Shown piece by piece: positions 35,937-46,222 of a stretch of 64,000 nucleotides of DNA (positions are counted from its first letter, which is position 1; every line of letters starts with the position of its first letter). Location: IMG/VR virus record IMGVR_UViG_3300023174_000037; one strand, given 5' to 3'. Position numbers and translations under genes: made by a program. The stretch comes from a virus. Lineage: Duplodnaviria > Caudoviricetes. The notes under the pieces were generated by a model. The model saw nothing but the letters and a program-made list of their open reading frames with translations. It was not told where the DNA came from and made no database searches.

Positions 35937-37682
35937 TTATTCTTTCTTTTCTAATCTTTTTTCAATGCTTTCCCGTTCAGCATCACTCAGTAACTCTGGA
36001 TCATATTCACCAGTGCTGATTTTTTCGATAAGGTGATCGATGTATGCTTCATCATAAAGATATTGGTCACTTAATTTTTTATCTACTTCGATCCAATTGG
36101 TGCCGTTGAATTTATACAAAGTGCTTGGCAATTGATCTACTCTCAGGAACATGTCGCCTTTGGCGGAGCTGCCGGGAAAGCTGGTTCCAAACCCACGCAT
36201 CTCTCCTGTGGCAGACTTGGGCGCATTGTCAGCAGACAATCCCAAATCAAATTGATCCATTGGGCCGGCATTGGCCCAAGTGCCGTCGGGTTGAGGTACC
36301 CACAGATTGCCATCCGTTTCTGATTGCTTGAGCTCTTCTTGTTGTGTGTTAACTGGTAAAGATTCTATATATCTTTCTACTGCATGGTTGGCATCTACAC
36401 TACCTGGGTCAAATGCTTTATGATGCATACGTTTACCATCGATATCAACATAATCGTTGTTGCCAACTGCCTTTATTGCAGGAGGTTGTGCAATGGTTTC
36501 TTCTTTGGCTGTTTGTGCAATTACTTCTTCTTTGGCTGTTTGTTTGGCCTGTGCAAACTCTTCTACTTCAATTTCGTTATCGGGGTAGACAACTTGTGGT
36601 GTTTTGGGCCACATCCAACCGGGTGTGTGTGGCTCCTCGGTTTGTCGAAACAATTCCGTTTTGGTAATTAACTCTCCAGTTGGCAAATCTTTATCTGCCA
36701 ACTCTCGTAGTTGTTTTAGTTGTTCTTCTGTTAGCGGACCATCATCAGCTTCATACTTGGGTTCGTCTTTGATACCAAGGTCCTGCATTGTTTCTGTTAA
36801 CTCTTGCTCAATTCGTTTGTGGGCTTCTTCGTCAGTTTCTTCTCGCTTCTGATCCCAAAAACGAGCTCGTTTTTTAGCACGGTCAAACCACTCGCTCACT
36901 GATTTGTTTTTAGGCTTGGGTTCTTCGCCGTGTGCCCAGCGGATACTTTGTTGTGCGGCTAGAATTAGGACCAAGGCCAATGGGTCAAACACAGCAACGA
37001 TAATTACAATCATCCATACCACTGCTTTTTCTAATATGTTAGCGTCAGGATTATCATCGTAAATTAATTTGGCAATATATTTGATCGGTCCAACCTCGGC
37101 TTCAACTTTACGCACTTCTGCGGCAATAGGAGCCCGTAGGTCATTTAGTTTGACAATTTCTGTTTGTGCCCGAGCTATTTCACCTTGTAAGTTACCACGC
37201 TCACGAGCCTGAGCACGACGAATTGCTGTGGCCTTATCTGCACCTTTTTCGTCGTTACTACGACTCATTGTTTGATCAACTGCGGCATCCATTTGTTGTA
37301 AAGCTCGCCGAGCCGATTCAATATTGTCTTTTTGAATCTTAATTTTTTCGTCATAGATGGCAATCTTGCCTTGAACATCTCCTGACACTAGGTTTTGATC
37401 ATTGTGGGCTTTACTTAGGAATCCAAAGATTCCCATGCTGGTGATCAACATCAACACCACCACCGCCGGCAATAGATACAGTTTAAATGTAAGGCTGGCC
37501 CTTTCCCAGTTGTTCTTTAACCATACCGCGGCAACTACTTTGCCCAGTTCCAGGCTACCGCCCATGATCAAGATTGGAATTATAGCACCAGAAAAGATTG
37601 CAGCCAGGCCGGTTATACTATAGTAAGCGGCAACCACTTCTATCAATAAGGCTACAAATAAGGTAAAATATCCAAAGAGCAT
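35937..37682 (-). CDS. Membrane protein with coiled coil and long acidic C-terminal region
   Basis: Three N-terminal TMs, coiled coil, EVGPIKYIA, VFDPLA TM; no function recognised. Confidence 0.7.
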   Translation of the reverse strand: MLFGYFTLFVALLIEVVAAYYSITGLAAIFSGAIIPILIMGGSLELGKVVAAVWLKNNWERASLTFKLYLLPAVVVLMLITSMGIFGFLSKAHNDQNLVSGDVQGKIAIYDEKIKIQKDNIESARRALQQMDAAVDQTMSRSNDEKGADKATAIRRAQARERGNLQGEIARAQTEIVKLNDLRAPIAAEVRKVEAEVGPIKYIAKLIYDDNPDANILEKAVVWMIVIIVAVFDPLALVLILAAQQSIRWAHGEEPKPKNKSVSEWFDRAKKRARFWDQKREETDEEAHKRIEQELTETMQDLGIKDEPKYEADDGPLTEEQLKQLRELADKDLPTGELITKTELFRQTEEPHTPGWMWPKTPQVVYPDNEIEVEEFAQAKQTAKEEVIAQTAKEETIAQPPAIKAVGNNDYVDIDGKRMHHKAFDPGSVDANHAVERYIESLPVNTQQEELKQSETDGNLWVPQPDGTWANAGPMDQFDLGLSADNAPKSATGEMRGFGTSFPGSSAKGDMFLRVDQLPSTLYKFNGTNWIEVDKKLSDQYLYDEAYIDHLIEKISTGEYDPELLSDAERESIEKRLEKKE

Positions 37683-37692
37683 AGTCTAATAT

Positions 37693-37923
37693 TTATTGTT
37701 TTTTTCCAGGCCACGTCTTGGTTAACAAGTTAAATTCACGTTCGTTTGTGACCATTCTATTTTCTAAATGGTCTAAACGACGTTGTAGGTTAACTGTGCG
37801 GATTAATAGAATAACCAAGGCTACAATGACCACAGTAAAGGTTAATCCCCAACCAGCAATAATACCATAGGTCCATAACCAGAGACTGTCGATTGTATTG
37901 GTTAACAGTGTTATTGGATTCAT
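37693..37923 (-). CDS. Small membrane protein
   Basis: One TM followed by a short coiled coil. Confidence 0.55.
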   Translation of the reverse strand: MNPITLLTNTIDSLWLWTYGIIAGWGLTFTVVIVALVILLIRTVNLQRRLDHLENRMVTNEREFNLLTKTWPGKKQ

Positions 37924-38126
37924 TCAGGCTGGCCGCCGGTGCATGACCCGCCCGAAAACCAAAGTTCTTCGGCCTGTTCTCTATACTGTGCCAGATCATA
38001 CTCGTCCTTTTTGGCACGGTATGCTTCTTCTGTAAGACCGTGCCAACCGATGCATTTGCCTGTTGGACTACGGCCGCAACCACACCGGCCAAATTCTTCA
38101 AGATTTTCTTTGACCCTTACTTGCAT
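37920..38126 (-). CDS. CDGSH-like iron-sulfur/zinc finger protein
   Basis: CGCGRSPTGKCIGWH matches the C-x-C-x2-S-x4-C-x2-x-H spacing. Confidence 0.6.
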   Translation of the reverse strand: MQVRVKENLEEFGRCGCGRSPTGKCIGWHGLTEEAYRAKKDEYDLAQYREQAEELWFSGGSCTGGQPE

Positions 38127-38127
38127 A

Positions 38128-38823
38128 TTATTTTCTATCGCCGAATAATTGTAACAGGTTTAAGAACAGGTTGATAAAGTCCATATACAGAGTCAATGCG
38201 CCTGTGACCTCTACTGAATCACTGGTGTCAACACTGACCATTTCGCGAATCTGTTGTGTGTCGTATGCAGTTAGTCCCAGGAAGATGATGATTGCCAAGG
38301 CACTGATTGCCATCTGCATCACGGTACTGCCAATAAAGATATTGACAATGCTGGCAATAACAATGGCAATTAATCCAACAAACATAAACTTGCCCATGCT
38401 GTCTAGGCTACGTTTGGTAAAATAACCATAACCACTCATTACTGCAAACAGGATAGCCGCCCCCATGAATGCTGACACAATCGATCCCATGGTAAACACA
38501 GCAAAGATCATTGAAAAGCTCAAGCCCATCAATGCCGCAAATCCATGTAGACATAGCTGAGCCACACCTTTGCTGGGATTGTTGTTTAACACATAACTAA
38601 TACCAAAGATTGCGGCCAAGGGTGCAAAGATCACAATCCACTTTAACACACCTGTGAAAAAGAAAGCCAGTAACTCTGGTGTAGTGCCCACCCAGTAACT
38701 GACCAACATGGATACAATCACTGCCAGACTCATGTGTCCGTAAACACGGCCCATGGCTGAATTGATTTCTCCTGCTGTGCGGTAATTTAATACGCCGCCA
38801 TCTGTGTAATTTGTTCCGAACAT
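38128..38823 (-). CDS. Bax inhibitor-1/YccA family membrane protein
   Basis: Seven TMs, YGYFTKRSL, GLTAYDTQ.I, ALTLYMDFINLF. Confidence 0.92.
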   Translation of the reverse strand: MFGTNYTDGGVLNYRTAGEINSAMGRVYGHMSLAVIVSMLVSYWVGTTPELLAFFFTGVLKWIVIFAPLAAIFGISYVLNNNPSKGVAQLCLHGFAALMGLSFSMIFAVFTMGSIVSAFMGAAILFAVMSGYGYFTKRSLDSMGKFMFVGLIAIVIASIVNIFIGSTVMQMAISALAIIIFLGLTAYDTQQIREMVSVDTSDSVEVTGALTLYMDFINLFLNLLQLFGDRK

Positions 38824-38854
38824 TTTAATCTCCTTAATTTAATCAACTGACTTT

Positions 38855-40039
38855 TTACTTCTCTGACATGGATTCCACAATACGATCCATGGCAATTGCA
38901 GGATCCCACTCTTGACAATACTTAGCACGATTGGCACGACCTTCTTTGGTGTCTGGATCATAATCAATCCATTCAAATTCGGTACCATCACACTCTGGGC
39001 AATGGCTGTTGTAGTCGTCATCTTCGCGCATGTTGCTACGCATACCAGTCCAACCGCATTTTTTATCACTGCACTGTGCATCTGGTGGCTCCGGTGGTTG
39101 ATTGACCCACGATCCAGTATCCCAATTATACCCCGACCAGGAAACAACTTCTCCAGTGATTGGTTTAAACTGTCCGTATTCCCATTCACCAAACTCAACA
39201 CCGTTCCAGTATGCTGAACCATAGGTTGTACCAAAGTGTCGCCAGGTGCAACTGTAATATCCTGGAATTGTGGGTTTGACTTTGTTAAACTTAAATGTCT
39301 CAGATCGTTCCCAGGTACTCGGACTTGTGCCGTGTTCAGGGTGGCCCCAATCTTTTTCTTCAGGACTATAAGTTTCCCAAGTATTGCTGTCTTGAACTAG
39401 ATACATTCCAAAGTCCGAACTCTTGCCATCCGTGCTGCCACCAAAGTTATCAATGTCTTCGCCATCGTAGGTCACACTATTAATTAGTTCTTCGCCGTCA
39501 ATTTCATCGTAACCCAATGTTAACTTGGTAATATCAAATGGTTGTGTAAGTTCAATTTCGCCTTCGAAGAATGTGCCTTTTTCGTTGCTGCATCCAACAA
39601 ACACTACAGTGCCCGGTTTTTCTTGACCAATCCACACTTCATCATTGCAGGACCAATCCGGTTCGCCATCGCATCCGCCACCCACAATTGCATCCAATGA
39701 TTTTTCATACACTACATTACCATTTTCATCTTCAATTTGAATAGTGCCAGCATTACGACTAACTCCATTGGTGTGTGCTAGATTGTCGCATTCATACCAT
39801 GATCCAGGAGGAAATGGCAACATGTCCAAGTCAAGATCCATTTCGTCTTGCACAGTGTCTTCGTCGCTCCATGCAATTTCTGACAAGTCAACTTGGTGTT
39901 CCATACAGTAGTTCCACACTTCACGATCTACTGTGCCCATGACTTTTTCCCCACCGTAGCCCCACATGCTGATTTTGTAGGTGCGTGGTGTAAATTTTAG
40001 TGTGTCAATAAGTTGTTTTTTTTCTTCCTGCGTTGCCAT
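38855..40039 (-). CDS. Acidic hypothetical protein with C-terminal zinc ribbon
   Basis: 394 aa; CSDKKC...CPEC. Confidence 0.65.
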   Translation of the reverse strand: MATQEEKKQLIDTLKFTPRTYKISMWGYGGEKVMGTVDREVWNYCMEHQVDLSEIAWSDEDTVQDEMDLDLDMLPFPPGSWYECDNLAHTNGVSRNAGTIQIEDENGNVVYEKSLDAIVGGGCDGEPDWSCNDEVWIGQEKPGTVVFVGCSNEKGTFFEGEIELTQPFDITKLTLGYDEIDGEELINSVTYDGEDIDNFGGSTDGKSSDFGMYLVQDSNTWETYSPEEKDWGHPEHGTSPSTWERSETFKFNKVKPTIPGYYSCTWRHFGTTYGSAYWNGVEFGEWEYGQFKPITGEVVSWSGYNWDTGSWVNQPPEPPDAQCSDKKCGWTGMRSNMREDDDYNSHCPECDGTEFEWIDYDPDTKEGRANRAKYCQEWDPAIAMDRIVESMSEK

Positions 40040-40150
40040 GTTACTCCTTATCTAAAAATTCAATTACCTTGCTAATAGTCCATGCTAACAATATGGCCAG
40101 CAATATAGTTATTATTGCTTCAATAAACCAAGGCTCGTTGAGCCAATCCG

Positions 40151-40453
40151 TCATACTTGCACAATCCTTGTCACATTGGCAACACGGAATGATCGCCATT
40201 CTGATTTGTCCACACACCAAACACTTAGCGTTTCGGGTTTGTAAAGTCGAGTTTCATGAAACTCTTTGAGGGGTTGTGGTGGTAACAAACTGCTGTCTAA
40301 CGTGCAAGGCATAGTGCGTAGTTCACCGTTGACCTTGGTAAATGTGATTTCGTAAACGCCGTTGTGCAACAGATTACGAATTTCTCGATTGCGTGAATCT
40401 AAATCCTCTGTAACAGTATCGTATACAATTTCCATATCAAGCTGCCTTTTCAA
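40151..40453 (-). CDS. WYL_2/SH3-like small beta-barrel protein
   Basis: ITFTKVNGELRTM.CTL and VW.VDK.EWRSFR motifs of T4-like phage SH3-fold proteins. Confidence 0.7.
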   Translation of the reverse strand: MKRQLDMEIVYDTVTEDLDSRNREIRNLLHNGVYEITFTKVNGELRTMPCTLDSSLLPPQPLKEFHETRLYKPETLSVWCVDKSEWRSFRVANVTRIVQV

Positions 40454-40718
40454 AAATAGTTGACCAAGTTTTTAACTTCTCACGTTTGGCTTCTGCGGCA
40501 CGTTCGATACCAGACCAACTTACAATATCTAAATCCTGCAAGATATCAATCATGGCATATAGGTCGCCAATCTCATCTTCTAAGTGCTCGCGATTGGTTT
40601 TGTTCTTGCCAGGTTTGGCATTGTCCATACCAAAGCGGCGGATTTTGCTCACAGCCTGAATTACTTCAGCACATTCCTCTTGGAGGATATCCATTGCTTC
40701 ACTTGTGGTCTTGTTCAT
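40437..40718 (-). CDS. MazG-like NTP pyrophosphohydrolase
   Basis: LQEECAEVIQAVSK and LEDEIGD (ExxE...ExxD). Confidence 0.75.
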   Translation of the reverse strand: MNKTTSEAMDILQEECAEVIQAVSKIRRFGMDNAKPGKNKTNREHLEDEIGDLYAMIDILQDLDIVSWSGIERAAEAKREKLKTWSTIFEKAA

Positions 40719-40816
40719 GTGTTATCTTCGATTGTCAAAAAATATAAAAACTGCGGTCAATGCTAGAGCCAACGGCAAGTTAACAAAAGCCAATATAACT
40801 ACCAATAGCCAATGCA

Positions 40817-42196
40817 TTATAATTTCTCACCGGCTTCAAATCCACGGAATCGAACAAATCGAGGAAATCTCAAACTGTATGATCCGTCTTGGTTTTGCGT
40901 AACTGCGTCAGCTTCAACTTCAATAACATCACCAAGTAACTGATCTCTTGCCAGCCAATACTCATCACGATTAGCATCAGACAAACCGCTACCAACATTA
41001 ACACGTATATTTCGATCATTGTCGACTCCTTCACAAATTATAGCACCCAAGCGGCCAAGATTGCGACCAGTGCCTTCTTCAAAACCAACTATATTGAGAT
41101 CTACTGTTATAGTAGGTTTCCATTTCATCCAAAAAGTGCTACGGCGACACTCGTATGGAGCATCGAGACTCTTGATCATGATACCTTCAAATCCTAAAGC
41201 CACTGCATCCTTGGCATACCGATTCATAATATCATGTCCTTCGGCCATACCCAGGTCTACAGTAATACCATCCATGATACGAACACAGTCAGTTGATTCA
41301 AATACACTACGGTATTCTTCTAGTATAGCCAAACGTTTATGTTGTTGGGCATTCCAAAAACCGCGTTCAAAGTCCACCAGTGGTACAACATCAAACACAC
41401 TGTAGGTCATGCCATCAGTTTTGACATCAGTCTTGCGTTGTGCCTGTTTCATTAGGGCTTGGAAACTCTCACCAATGATCTCGCCATCTAGCACAAATCC
41501 ATGCGGTGCAGATTGAAATAGTTTGGCAAATTTGTTTTTGATATCTTCGATCGCTTCCACAATCTGAGGGAAGTTATCAAACGGTTTACCATTACGGCTG
41601 TATAGATTAACTGTGGTCTTGGTCACAACTGCCAGCACACGCACACCATCTAGCTTTTGCTCAATACGTTTTTGACCAGTCATTTTGGCTGTGTGTTTTT
41701 CGCTGTCGGTGGCCAATTGGCAAGTAAACACAGGAATCTTCCATTCGGTATTGCCCAGCACTTTGTTAAGAGTTTTTTCACTGATGCCGCAACGTAGATC
41801 TTTGATAATAACTCTGCGACATAGGCCATTCCACTCCGCACTGTCAAACTGCTCACTCATAAATTCAATGGCAGTTTTGGCATTGTGCCCAGTAAGACTT
41901 CTAGTGCGTAGACCTTCCAACATGGCCCAGAACTTTGGCCACGGATTAGACTTACCGTCAAGCCCTTTGGTCTCAGGAACTTTTTTTACGCCAAACACAT
42001 AATAGGGGTTGTAGGCCTGAAAGCAGTTGAACAAGAAACATTGAGCATTTGATGACCCTAGCTTACTGGCCATCAATGCTTTTTCAATTACTGATTCTTT
42101 GTGTAAACGGCTGTCGCTTGATTCTAGGTCTCTGATCCAGTCTGCGGCCACTTTGATCTCATTAAATTGATCACTAGAAAAATTTATAGTGTTCAT
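40817..42196 (-). CDS. ATP-dependent DNA ligase
   Basis: EQKLDGVR, VLDGE, FDVV, EGIMIK, WMKWK, OB fold VGSG and SLRFPRF. Confidence 0.96.
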   Translation of the reverse strand: MNTINFSSDQFNEIKVAADWIRDLESSDSRLHKESVIEKALMASKLGSSNAQCFLFNCFQAYNPYYVFGVKKVPETKGLDGKSNPWPKFWAMLEGLRTRSLTGHNAKTAIEFMSEQFDSAEWNGLCRRVIIKDLRCGISEKTLNKVLGNTEWKIPVFTCQLATDSEKHTAKMTGQKRIEQKLDGVRVLAVVTKTTVNLYSRNGKPFDNFPQIVEAIEDIKNKFAKLFQSAPHGFVLDGEIIGESFQALMKQAQRKTDVKTDGMTYSVFDVVPLVDFERGFWNAQQHKRLAILEEYRSVFESTDCVRIMDGITVDLGMAEGHDIMNRYAKDAVALGFEGIMIKSLDAPYECRRSTFWMKWKPTITVDLNIVGFEEGTGRNLGRLGAIICEGVDNDRNIRVNVGSGLSDANRDEYWLARDQLLGDVIEVEADAVTQNQDGSYSLRFPRFVRFRGFEAGEKL

Positions 42197-42200
42197 GTAT

Positions 42201-42662
42201 TTACTCTGTTTTGTTAGATGCTAATTTACACACCAAAAGAAACTGATCGTACGCTTGTCGCACACTTGCATGTTGCATCAATTTATCAGCTTCTGCTTGC
42301 ATGGCCTTGACGCCTGCTTCTGCACAATCACGAATACATAAACCAGACAATGTGGCAAGTTCAGATCCAAATTCTTTGGCCAACTTTTCCCATGCTTTCT
42401 TTTGTCCCAACGTGATAGGAGTTTGTTGTGGACGTAATTCACTTGCCTTACGCATCACTTCGCAGATCGCTTCTTCTGCATACCGGCCGGCTGCAATCAT
42501 CGGAGCCAGAGCAGGGTCAATGCAAAAACGACGACTACTACCTCCGGGATAGCACATAACCAAGTGATTGCCCTTTGGAAAGCTATCCAAATAGTCGCTG
42601 TCATATTCTGCAACTGGAACATATCTACGACCTTTCTTTTCATAGTAAATCTTTTGGGTCAT
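42201..42662 (-). CDS. Hypothetical protein
   Basis: 153 aa, YEKKGRRYVPV start. Confidence 0.65.
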   Translation of the reverse strand: MTQKIYYEKKGRRYVPVAEYDSDYLDSFPKGNHLVMCYPGGSSRRFCIDPALAPMIAAGRYAEEAICEVMRKASELRPQQTPITLGQKKAWEKLAKEFGSELATLSGLCIRDCAEAGVKAMQAEADKLMQHASVRQAYDQFLLVCKLASNKTE

Positions 42663-42674
42663 TGCTAATTCAAA

Positions 42675-43388
42675 TTAGTTAGTAATGGTAATTTGTCCAA
42701 TTACAGCACCTGGCTTTTTCAAGGCTTCTGCACGACGAGCTTTATACTCTTCATTTTCTACTGGCAACAGATTAAGAGTAGTAGGTGTACCATCGGGTTG
42801 AATTACACTGACTGGTCGAGACGGTTGTGAAGGCACTGGTGTAACTTCAACACCGTTTTGTTCACGTGCCATTTCGTCGAGCTCTTTAAATGCTTCTTTG
42901 GCACTACGTTTAGTATTCTTGTTTGCATTGCCATTAAGTGACAAGGCAACCAGCACATAGGTACGAATACGATTGCCTTCAGCCACGTGTTTCATCTCTA
43001 CCGTTTCTACACCAGAGATATCTACGTCAGCACACATACTACGGACGGCCATTTCACTTGACTCTGTGCCGGCATCACCGTTGTCTGCACGATACAGTTT
43101 GGTCTGGCTACGCACTTTGCCGCCTGCGCTGGTACAAATCTTACTATATGCAATAGTCTTGGCCTTGATGTCAGCAAATCCAAAATCACTACTGGTAGCA
43201 GTTCCATTTTCAAACACATAGCCAGGAGCCTTGGGCAGTTTGCTCATCCATTCGGGGGCTTCTTTAATAGCCGCGGCCATTCGCGAAGCTTGTGGTGCTC
43301 CACTATTCTGAAGTTGTGCAGTGTTGTTGGTTGTGCCACAAGCAGTCAACATACCTGCTATTGCTGTTACTATCAATAATTTTTTCAT
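42675..43388 (-). CDS. Lipoprotein (LPP20-like)
   Basis: LTAC lipobox; P.WM..P...GTATS motif. Confidence 0.65.
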   Translation of the reverse strand: MKKLLIVTAIAGMLTACGTTNNTAQLQNSGAPQASRMAAAIKEAPEWMSKLPKAPGYVFENGTATSSDFGFADIKAKTIAYSKICTSAGGKVRSQTKLYRADNGDAGTESSEMAVRSMCADVDISGVETVEMKHVAEGNRIRTYVLVALSLNGNANKNTKRSAKEAFKELDEMAREQNGVEVTPVPSQPSRPVSVIQPDGTPTTLNLLPVENEEYKARRAEALKKPGAVIGQITITN

Positions 43389-43422
43389 TCAATCACCTTT
43401 AAGGTTTGGTTACAATAACAAT

Positions 43423-43451
43423 ACTATACTACAAAGACTACCATTTGTCAA
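43423..43451 (-). promoter_or_regulatory. Sigma70 promoter inside the end of the upstream gene
   Basis: TTGACA-17bp-TATAGT. Confidence 0.7.
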
Positions 43452-44007
43452 CCACTTGCCATTCGTTGTCGTGTATCTGACAAATAATGCCCTGCTGATG
43501 TCGAAGATCATTGGCTCGAACTATGGGTTCAGCAAACCAACGGCAGGTAGCATTATGATAAACAAATCGTTTTGGAAAATGTGGATGTGGTTTTACTTCA
43601 CTTTCTAATACCTTATCGCCCACTTCAACCTTGCGTATTTTGGGCAAGGTCTGGTCCGTGCATACCATATTCTGTTCCAACGACAAGGTCTTTCCATCAG
43701 CACGACTTAATATTTGAGTGCGTCCTTGATCCATTGCTCCTTTACAAAGCAAGGCCTCGCTTAGAGTTTTTGGCCCAACACTTTCACCTTCGGCTGTGAT
43801 CCATTCTCCATTTACCTGCGCTCTAAAATTCACTATACACTTGTTTTGTGTGGCCGAGATTGGCACCACCCAAGGTTTCACATCGGCTATGCTGGTAATT
43901 TTTATGGCTGTTTGATTGGTCATTGCTGACCTAACATAGCAATCTGCCTGTGCCTGTGCATTGGCCGATACGGCCATAGTCAATACAATTATCGGTTTGC
44001 GCCACAT
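43438..44007 (-). CDS. Secreted hypothetical protein
   Basis: Signal peptide MWRK...ANAQA; several Cys pairs. Confidence 0.6.
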   Translation of the reverse strand: MWRKPIIVLTMAVSANAQAQADCYVRSAMTNQTAIKITSIADVKPWVVPISATQNKCIVNFRAQVNGEWITAEGESVGPKTLSEALLCKGAMDQGRTQILSRADGKTLSLEQNMVCTDQTLPKIRKVEVGDKVLESEVKPHPHFPKRFVYHNATCRWFAEPIVRANDLRHQQGIICQIHDNEWQVVDKW

Positions 44008-44270
44008 GCTGATCTCAATCCCCATAGTGCATTTTTCAATTTGGTGTAGTAATCTCGACCTTGCTCAGTGACTGGCCGAGTTTGATGATACTGGTTATAT
44101 TCTCTAATTCTTTCTTCGAGGAACCGGCGTTGACTGTCGCCATACAGGCAATCTGCTTTGAACGTGTCCATTGCATAGTAAGGCAACACGGCTGGTGTTG
44201 TTACTGTAGGTGTTTGAGTAGCGCACCCACTTAACACAACTGCGCCGGCAAGAACAATTTGTTTAATCAT
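43989..44270 (-). CDS. Small lipoprotein (start corrected to 44270)
   Basis: MIKQIVLAGAVVLSGC lipobox. Confidence 0.65.
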   Translation of the reverse strand: MIKQIVLAGAVVLSGCATQTPTVTTPAVLPYYAMDTFKADCLYGDSQRRFLEERIREYNQYHQTRPVTEQGRDYYTKLKNALWGLRSACGANR

Positions 44271-44776
44271 TTTTCTGTTGGTGACGATATTCACGTTTAA
44301 GCCAAAATTTATACTTGGAAAAATATTCTTTAGCAGGGTAACGCACCGGCTGACCATAAGACTCAAGTTCATCCTTGTGCTCAAACCACTTTTCATTACA
44401 CCAATGTCGAAAAGAACCTGTTTTCATTTCTTTTCCATGATGTGTTTGATCACCACAGATGCTTCTGGAAAACCTTCTTTTTCTTTTCGGGCAACTGCCT
44501 CATCTATCATATCTAACTGTATGTCATGCAGGCCGGACACAAAAGTAAAGATTTGATCAGGCTTCATTGTGTAGCGAATGCTATATAAAGGTTTGCTGTT
44601 ATTAGGATTATAACTAAAGTTCATTACGCTGTTGCCTCGTCACAGTCACGGGCAAAAATACGAACTACATCTTCAAGGGTCACATAGTCTTTAAAGTAAA
44701 TGTAAGTGTCTTGAATGCTACGACCTTGGTCTTGCCAATCCATAATTTCAATTTCAATGTCTTTAAAAAAACCCAT
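44263..44776 (-). CDS. Three small coupled ORFs (44263-44427, 44424-44624, 44624-44776)
   Basis: ATGA/TAATG couplings; the first gene has an AGGAG RBS below the 44802-44830 promoter. Confidence 0.55.
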
Positions 44777-44801
44777 TTGCGACTCCTATGTTGTAGTTTA
44801 T

Positions 44802-44830
44802 ATTATATTAAAGTCTGCGAATTTTGTCAA
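44802..44830 (-). promoter_or_regulatory. Consensus sigma70 promoter
   Basis: TTGACA-17bp-TATAAT. Confidence 0.85.
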
Positions 44831-45614
44831 TCAGCTTGTCAGCTTCTACAGTAGTTTCAATATCCATGCCCTTGCGGTATTGCTCTACCAATTCCATACG
44901 CATCATTTCTACAATACCTTCGCACTCGATCCGTTCGCGTTTGGGCAAGGTAGCAATGAACCGCTCCACATCGTTCCACTCTTCGATGCTCCACATGATG
45001 TCGGCCAACACTCGCTGGCGTTGGTTTAAACCGTCAAGTTTAATTTCAGACATGTTATGCTCCAATCAATTCTTTTGCAATGGCCTGAGCCACTTTGGCC
45101 TTGCGGGTTTGGCGCTCATTATACGCCATCAACTGTTCTTGGAACTCAGTCCGGATCATCATGTCCAGGTAATCAGCACGGTCATTGTATCGTGCTACCA
45201 ATTCTTTAGCCAGTTGGTAAAGTGACTCATTGTTCAACAATGCAATCTCTACTGCCAACCCTTCGATGTGCTTACTTGCCATTATGCGGCCTCCAACAAT
45301 TTTAATTCTGTGGTGCGATACTTGATCTCGCCATCATACTCGAGCTGACTTTGCTCAAAGTCTGTAAGGTAGTCGTCGGACTCAACTGACCAACCCAAAA
45401 TGTATTCGCGGAAACCTTCGTTGTCACACTCAATTTGACCGCGGAGAGCTTGAACCAGCTCGGCCAGAGCTTCTGGATTGCGTAGATGTGAGCCCAACGA
45501 ATATGAGTAATCATTGCCGCCCTTGAACTTCCAATACTGAGGGCACTCGCCTGCACCGTCCCAATCGTGAGCACCGTAGTTTTCCTGAATTTGGGTAGTA
45601 ATCATTAGCTTCAT
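44808..45614 (-). CDS. Three small early-type hypothetical ORFs (44808-~45056, 45055-45282, 45282-45614)
   Basis: Coupled ORFs below promoter cassette 3; AAGGAG RBS before 45614. Confidence 0.6.
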
Positions 45615-45644
45615 TCTGGACTCCTTTTTAGTTTCTATACAAGT

Positions 45645-45673
45645 ATTATAGCAAATTGGGCATTTTTGGTCAA
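45645..45673 (-). promoter_or_regulatory. Strong sigma70-type promoter, cassette copy 3
   Basis: TTGACC-17bp(AAAAATGCCCAATTTGC)-TATAAT; TGTTGTTTTTCCGCAACA at 45721-45738. Confidence 0.85.
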
Positions 45674-45674
45674 C

Positions 45675-45950
45675 CTAGCTGTTTACTGTAGCAAACGGGC
45701 TAAAATCTTCAGTTTTTTGGTGTTGTTTTTCCGCAACAAAGTCGTAAGCATATTCGCCGGTGCTGAGTATTTTAGGAGTTATTTGAACACGGCCTACGCC
45801 ATAATTTTTACTCAACATGTGGAAAACCCGGCGAGCTTCTCGTTCGTTAATGCTACCTACGAATAAAGTGCCATTGCAAAATTCAGCTAGGTCATCTTGT
45901 TTAAGAGTGTTGGCTACTTGATTTAAAACAACTGATTCAAATCCCATCGT
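45675..45950 (-). CDS. Hypothetical protein (start probably MGFES)
   Basis: AAGGAG RBS precedes ATG GGA TTT; its 3' end carries the palindrome for the next promoter. Confidence 0.55.
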   Translation of the reverse strand, partial: TMGFESVVLNQVANTLKQDDLAEFCNGTLFVGSINEREARRVFHMLSKNYGVGRVQITPKILSTGEYAYDFVAEKQHQKTEDFSPFATVNS

Positions 45951-45977
45951 CTGCTCCTTTATTTTCACTATACAAGT

Positions 45978-46006
45978 ATTATAGCAAATTGGGCATTTTG
46001 GGTCAA
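45978..46006 (-). promoter_or_regulatory. Strong sigma70-type promoter, cassette copy 4
   Basis: TTGACC-17bp(CAAAATGCCCAATTTGC)-TATAAT; TGTGGCGTTTTTACAACA at 46016-46033. Confidence 0.85.
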
Positions 46007-46222
46007 CCTTTTGGTTGTGGCGTTTTTACAACAAAAAACCCGGGATTTTACCCCCAGGTTTCTTGATATTTTTTTAACGCTAATTGTCTAGCTAGCCATA
46101 ATCTAAATTTTACATAGTCTGATAAATCATCTTCAATGACTTTACCAAATGCTTCTGCTCGTCGATTACGGCCATATGTGACCTCATCATCTAAGATGAG
46201 ATCACTGTCGTCTAATCCAAAA

